From Spirulina sp. (lineage in GTDB: Bacteria; Cyanobacteriota; Cyanobacteriia; Phormidesmidales; Phormidesmidaceae), in assembly GCA_044070495.1 (NCBI GenBank), contig JBIPSI010000041.1:1-39977 (forward strand): a stretch of 39,977 nucleotides of DNA. Direction: 5' to 3'. Shown piece by piece: positions 36,832 to 39,977 of the stretch; position 1 is the stretch's first letter; each line of letters opens with the position of its first letter. Below the pieces are notes generated by a model. That model made no database searches and was not told the DNA's origin. It saw only the letters and a program-made list of their open reading frames with translations. The position numbers and the translations under genes are program-made.

Positions 36832-37473
36832 ATGAAACTGAAACGCGGGACGGTGGTGTTGGTAGGGGTGGCCCTGTTGTTGGGGGCCGGAGTGTTGATG
36901 GGCGAATTGCGCCAGAGCCGTGCCCCAGAAAGCGCCACGGTGAGCGATGGGGTGGGGCCAGTGTTTACCTTTGCCGAAACCGATGTAGCCACGGTGACGG
37001 TAGAACGCGATGACGAAACGCTAACTTTTGAGGGCGATGGCGAGGGCAATTGGCAAATGACGGCCCCAGAAAATCTGGTGGCGGAACCGGGGGCGGTGGC
37101 CTTTTTGCTGAGCCGATTGAATACCGATTCCCCGCAGCAACGGGTGACCATGGCGGCGGATCAAATTCAGGACTTTGGCCTAGACCAGCCCCAGGGGAAA
37201 GTGACCGTGACCTTGCAGGACGGCACCGAGCACGTTCTGATTCTGGGTGGGCCAGACTTTAGCGGCAACGCCAACTACGCCATTGTCGATCCCGATGGCG
37301 CTTGGCCCCCAGAAAACCCCGCCGACGAATACGAGGTGCTGGTGGTAACCCGCGATGTGGCTAACGGCATCAATCGGCCCCTAGAGGAATGGAAAATGCC
37401 CGTGGACGCAGGTGAAGCCGAAGGGGAGGCTTCAGAGGCGGAGTCCCCAGAGGCGGAGTCCCCAGAACAGTAG
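36832..37473 (+). CDS. DUF4340-like membrane-anchored protein
   Basis: N-terminal TM, WQMTAPE, FGLDQPQ..VTVTL and LILGGPDF; SD AAGGAG; 15-bp EAESP repeats at the C-terminus. Confidence 0.8.
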   Translation: MKLKRGTVVLVGVALLLGAGVLMGELRQSRAPESATVSDGVGPVFTFAETDVATVTVERDDETLTFEGDGEGNWQMTAPENLVAEPGAVAFLLSRLNTDSPQQRVTMAADQIQDFGLDQPQGKVTVTLQDGTEHVLILGGPDFSGNANYAIVDPDGAWPPENPADEYEVLVVTRDVANGINRPLEEWKMPVDAGEAEGEASEAESPEAESPEQ

Positions 37474-37530
37474 CCCCGTAGGACACAGCCCACCATCCCG
37501 GCATTTCGCAGCACAGATAGCCGTCTCGAC

Positions 37531-38058
37531 CTATAGCTTTGTGGGACGGACAAAGCAGCGATCTCCCAAATCGTAGGACTGAAGTTCTGGACACTGGCTC
37601 GCCTTCACTTCCCGATATCCAAGGCGTTTCAAGAGACGAAGGCTCCGCTGATTCCTAGGATGCACAGTGGCCCACCAGTCGGTTCCCGGTGCGACGGTTG
37701 CTAGGTAATCGTGCCGCCAGAGCATCGCCTCGAAGGCTAACCCCTTTCCCCACCAAGCCTCGCCCAATAAATACGCTACTTCGCCCCAATCTCCGTATCC
37801 TGTCGCCTCAAGCCGACCAATCACTGGGGCAGGAGGGCTTTTTAGCCGTATGGCCATGTTGAACCATTGCTCGGTGGCGGCAACTAACCCTACAGGCCCT
37901 TGGGAGCGAGCGGCGTACTCTGCCCTCAATTCCTCGATAGTCGGTGGCCTGCCATCGGGGTCGATAAAGGCAATGACAGAGGGTGTAGTCAGAATAGTAA
38001 AGAGATCGTTGGCATGGGTGTCCGTGAGTGGTTCAAAATATAGGTTCTCACTCTGCAT
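37531..38058 (-). CDS. GNAT family N-acetyltransferase (RimJ/RimL-like)
   Basis: EVAYLLGEAWWGKGLAFEA (motif A) and VHPRNQRSLRLLKRLGY (motif B). Confidence 0.92.
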   Translation of the reverse strand: MQSENLYFEPLTDTHANDLFTILTTPSVIAFIDPDGRPPTIEELRAEYAARSQGPVGLVAATEQWFNMAIRLKSPPAPVIGRLEATGYGDWGEVAYLLGEAWWGKGLAFEAMLWRHDYLATVAPGTDWWATVHPRNQRSLRLLKRLGYREVKASQCPELQSYDLGDRCFVRPTKL

Positions 38059-38120
38059 AGGCTATTCTTTAGGCTATGGTGGCTGGCGCTTCTCGCCCCA
38101 TTGCACATAAGGATAGCCCC

Positions 38121-39293
38121 GTGGAGCCTCCCCGCTCGGCCAGATCACTCCCCCAGTTCAGCGCCCCCCCCGGCTATCGACCCCAAGCCGACGACACCAG
38201 CCTGGAAACGGATTTGCTGTGTTTTTATCTACTACGGCAAAAAACGGTAGCGGAACGGCTGGCTATGGGGGCACAGCTAATGCGTAGTGCTCGACAATTC
38301 TCACTCAACTGTTTTCATCAGCGCTTTGCCCATTTAAGCCCCCCCCAGTTTGCCCGTAAGATGGCCGAGGTTTGGCTGCAAGAGCATTGTCCAAAGCACT
38401 ATGTGCCTCAGGGTTCAGAAATGACGTGGATTCAAGACTCTATTCAATTAGCCGTAGACCTCCATAACATTCTTGAACAAGAGGGGATTCCTTACTATGT
38501 GACGGGTGGCGTCGCGGCCATTGCCTATGGCGAGACCCGCACCACGCAAGACTTAGACATTGTGCTGTCCATTCCTAGGGAGACTATACCAGCACTGGCT
38601 GAGGCTCTAGAACAGGCTGGTTTCTATGTGCCTGGGGTGGAGGATGTCGTCTCAAATCGTATGCGGACGCTACAAATTACCCAAGTGGCCACCATTTCAC
38701 GGGCTGATTTGGTGATTGCTGAGATGACCCCCTACGAAGCCCTCAAGTTTGAACGCCGTCAGGCCTACCAACTCATCCAGGGCCAATTCATTTACCTCGC
38801 CTCGCCTGAAGATGTGGTGGTCAATAAATTGCGCTGGGGCCAGCAAAGTCAATCCGAAAAACAGTGGCGTGATGTGTTGGGTGTGTTGAAAGCCCAGCAG
38901 GATGGATTGGACTACAACTACATGCACCAATGGGCAGCGGCGTTTGATTTATCGGAACAATTAGACCAGGTAACGCGGGAAGCCGGAGTAAGAACCATTG
39001 CCGACCACCAATGGGCCACGGCCCTCTACCCCACCATGCAACGAGCCTTTGAAATCGCCCAAAGCCGCCGCCGCACCCACCAACCCAACCCTGATACAGA
39101 AGTTGCGGAGGGCAGGCAATACACCCTAGTTCACCATCGTCGCGATCAGACCCTAACGGTCATCGGAAACATCGATGATCGCACCGTCTCCCAATTTGAT
39201 TCCCAAGGCCAAGTTATCCACGCCAGCCCCTCCCGCTATGACCGCCAACAATGGGCCATCATTGCCGGAAGGATTTTGCCTAAAACAGGCTAA
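38121..39293 (+). CDS. Nucleotidyltransferase (AbiEii/MenT-like Pol-beta fold) with fused N-terminal helical module and C-terminal extension
   Basis: YYVTGGVAAIAYGETRTTQDLDIV, ASPEDVVVNKLRW and SEKQWRDV. GTG 38121 has AAGGA upstream; ATG 38076 also possible. Confidence 0.85.
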   Translation: MEPPRSARSLPQFSAPPGYRPQADDTSLETDLLCFYLLRQKTVAERLAMGAQLMRSARQFSLNCFHQRFAHLSPPQFARKMAEVWLQEHCPKHYVPQGSEMTWIQDSIQLAVDLHNILEQEGIPYYVTGGVAAIAYGETRTTQDLDIVLSIPRETIPALAEALEQAGFYVPGVEDVVSNRMRTLQITQVATISRADLVIAEMTPYEALKFERRQAYQLIQGQFIYLASPEDVVVNKLRWGQQSQSEKQWRDVLGVLKAQQDGLDYNYMHQWAAAFDLSEQLDQVTREAGVRTIADHQWATALYPTMQRAFEIAQSRRRTHQPNPDTEVAEGRQYTLVHHRRDQTLTVIGNIDDRTVSQFDSQGQVIHASPSRYDRQQWAIIAGRILPKTG

Positions 39294-39394
39294 GTAGAAA
39301 AACGAACAAAATCCGTATAAGTTCTGTATAGCAAAAGCTCGTAGTGTACTAATTTCATAGCAGTCTCCCAAAATCATGCTTACCCAAACAATCC

Positions 39395-39835
39395 ATGAGT
39401 GAAGATAATCAGAGTAGCCAGGAAAATATTAGTGCTGAGAAAATATTGCTGATAGATCTAGAAAACTGCCCCGATCAGATTCATCAACTACAAAAAAGTT
39501 TGGAAGAGTTCTCCCAAGTCATCATTTGCTATGCCAGAACTGGGGCCAAAATACCCCTTGACTGGCTAGTTCCCCTTAGCGGAACCGTTAGCGCCAACAA
39601 ATTAAAAATATTCAAAATGGCCAATGGGGGCAAGAATGCGGCTGACTTTGGCCTTTGCTTTTTTGCAGGGGCTTTAATGCAGCAATTGTCTCCTGAAACC
39701 CATTTCGTCATCATCTCAAATGACACTGACCTCGACCACGTTGTTAGCTTGCTCCAAAGTCAGGGCCGCACAGCAGAGCGCGTAGGTAGTCAAAAAACTC
39801 AAACTCAGACAGTAATTAGTCACAGCGATAAGTGA
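39395..39835 (+). CDS. PIN/NYN (LabA-like, PIN7-type) domain protein, possibly C-terminally truncated
   Basis: LLIDLEN, GKNAADFGL and ISNDTDL acidic motifs. Confidence 0.85.
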   Translation: MSEDNQSSQENISAEKILLIDLENCPDQIHQLQKSLEEFSQVIICYARTGAKIPLDWLVPLSGTVSANKLKIFKMANGGKNAADFGLCFFAGALMQQLSPETHFVIISNDTDLDHVVSLLQSQGRTAERVGSQKTQTQTVISHSDK

Positions 39836-39906
39836 GGCTTAATGAGAAAGCCTCCAGAGCCGTAGGATTATCTAGGCAGAAGGGGAGGGGGCGAGCACCC
39901 TGAAGA

Positions 39907-39942
39907 GTCGATGAGCCCAAAGAGCTCATCGACGGCATTTTT
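39907..39942 (+). terminator. Strong hairpin: terminator or mobile-element subterminal palindrome
   Basis: GTCGATGAGC-N7-GCTCATCGAC perfect 10-bp stem, then GGCATTTTT. Confidence 0.5.
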
Positions 39943-39977
39943 ACCCTGACGGCGCATCGATTCGAGAAAACTGAACA

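Overview
A GC-rich cyanobacterial chromosomal segment. psaM, nblA, crtR and a Zam-type RNB protein identify the phylum; the style resembles filamentous Leptolyngbya/Nodosilinea relatives, which is an inference. The core holds mostly unlinked housekeeping genes: dsbA-like, pnp, mazG, mscS, crtR, pyk, psaM, phoU, rnr/zam-ubiX, an NCS2 purine permease, rpiA, plsC-like, bcp, a NUDIX hydrolase, usp, nblA, trhO, exbD, EVE-tsaE and parA. Two features are absent from the ORF track: psaM (29 aa) and a probable 6S RNA lying tail-to-tail with nblA. Both window ends are visibly AT-richer accessory DNA. The left end holds decayed toxin-antitoxin-type remnants. The right end holds a GNAT, a three-part antitoxin-like/nucleotidyltransferase fusion and a PIN/NYN protein. 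Intergenic DNA carries several families of small palindromic or tandem repeats, including an inverted pair of double-hairpin units whose stems covary. At window scale, a manual scan found no CGATCG (so no cyanobacterial HIP1), while the normally rare CCTAGG/CCCTAGGG is frequent. No CRISPR array, tRNA, rRNA or transposase was found.
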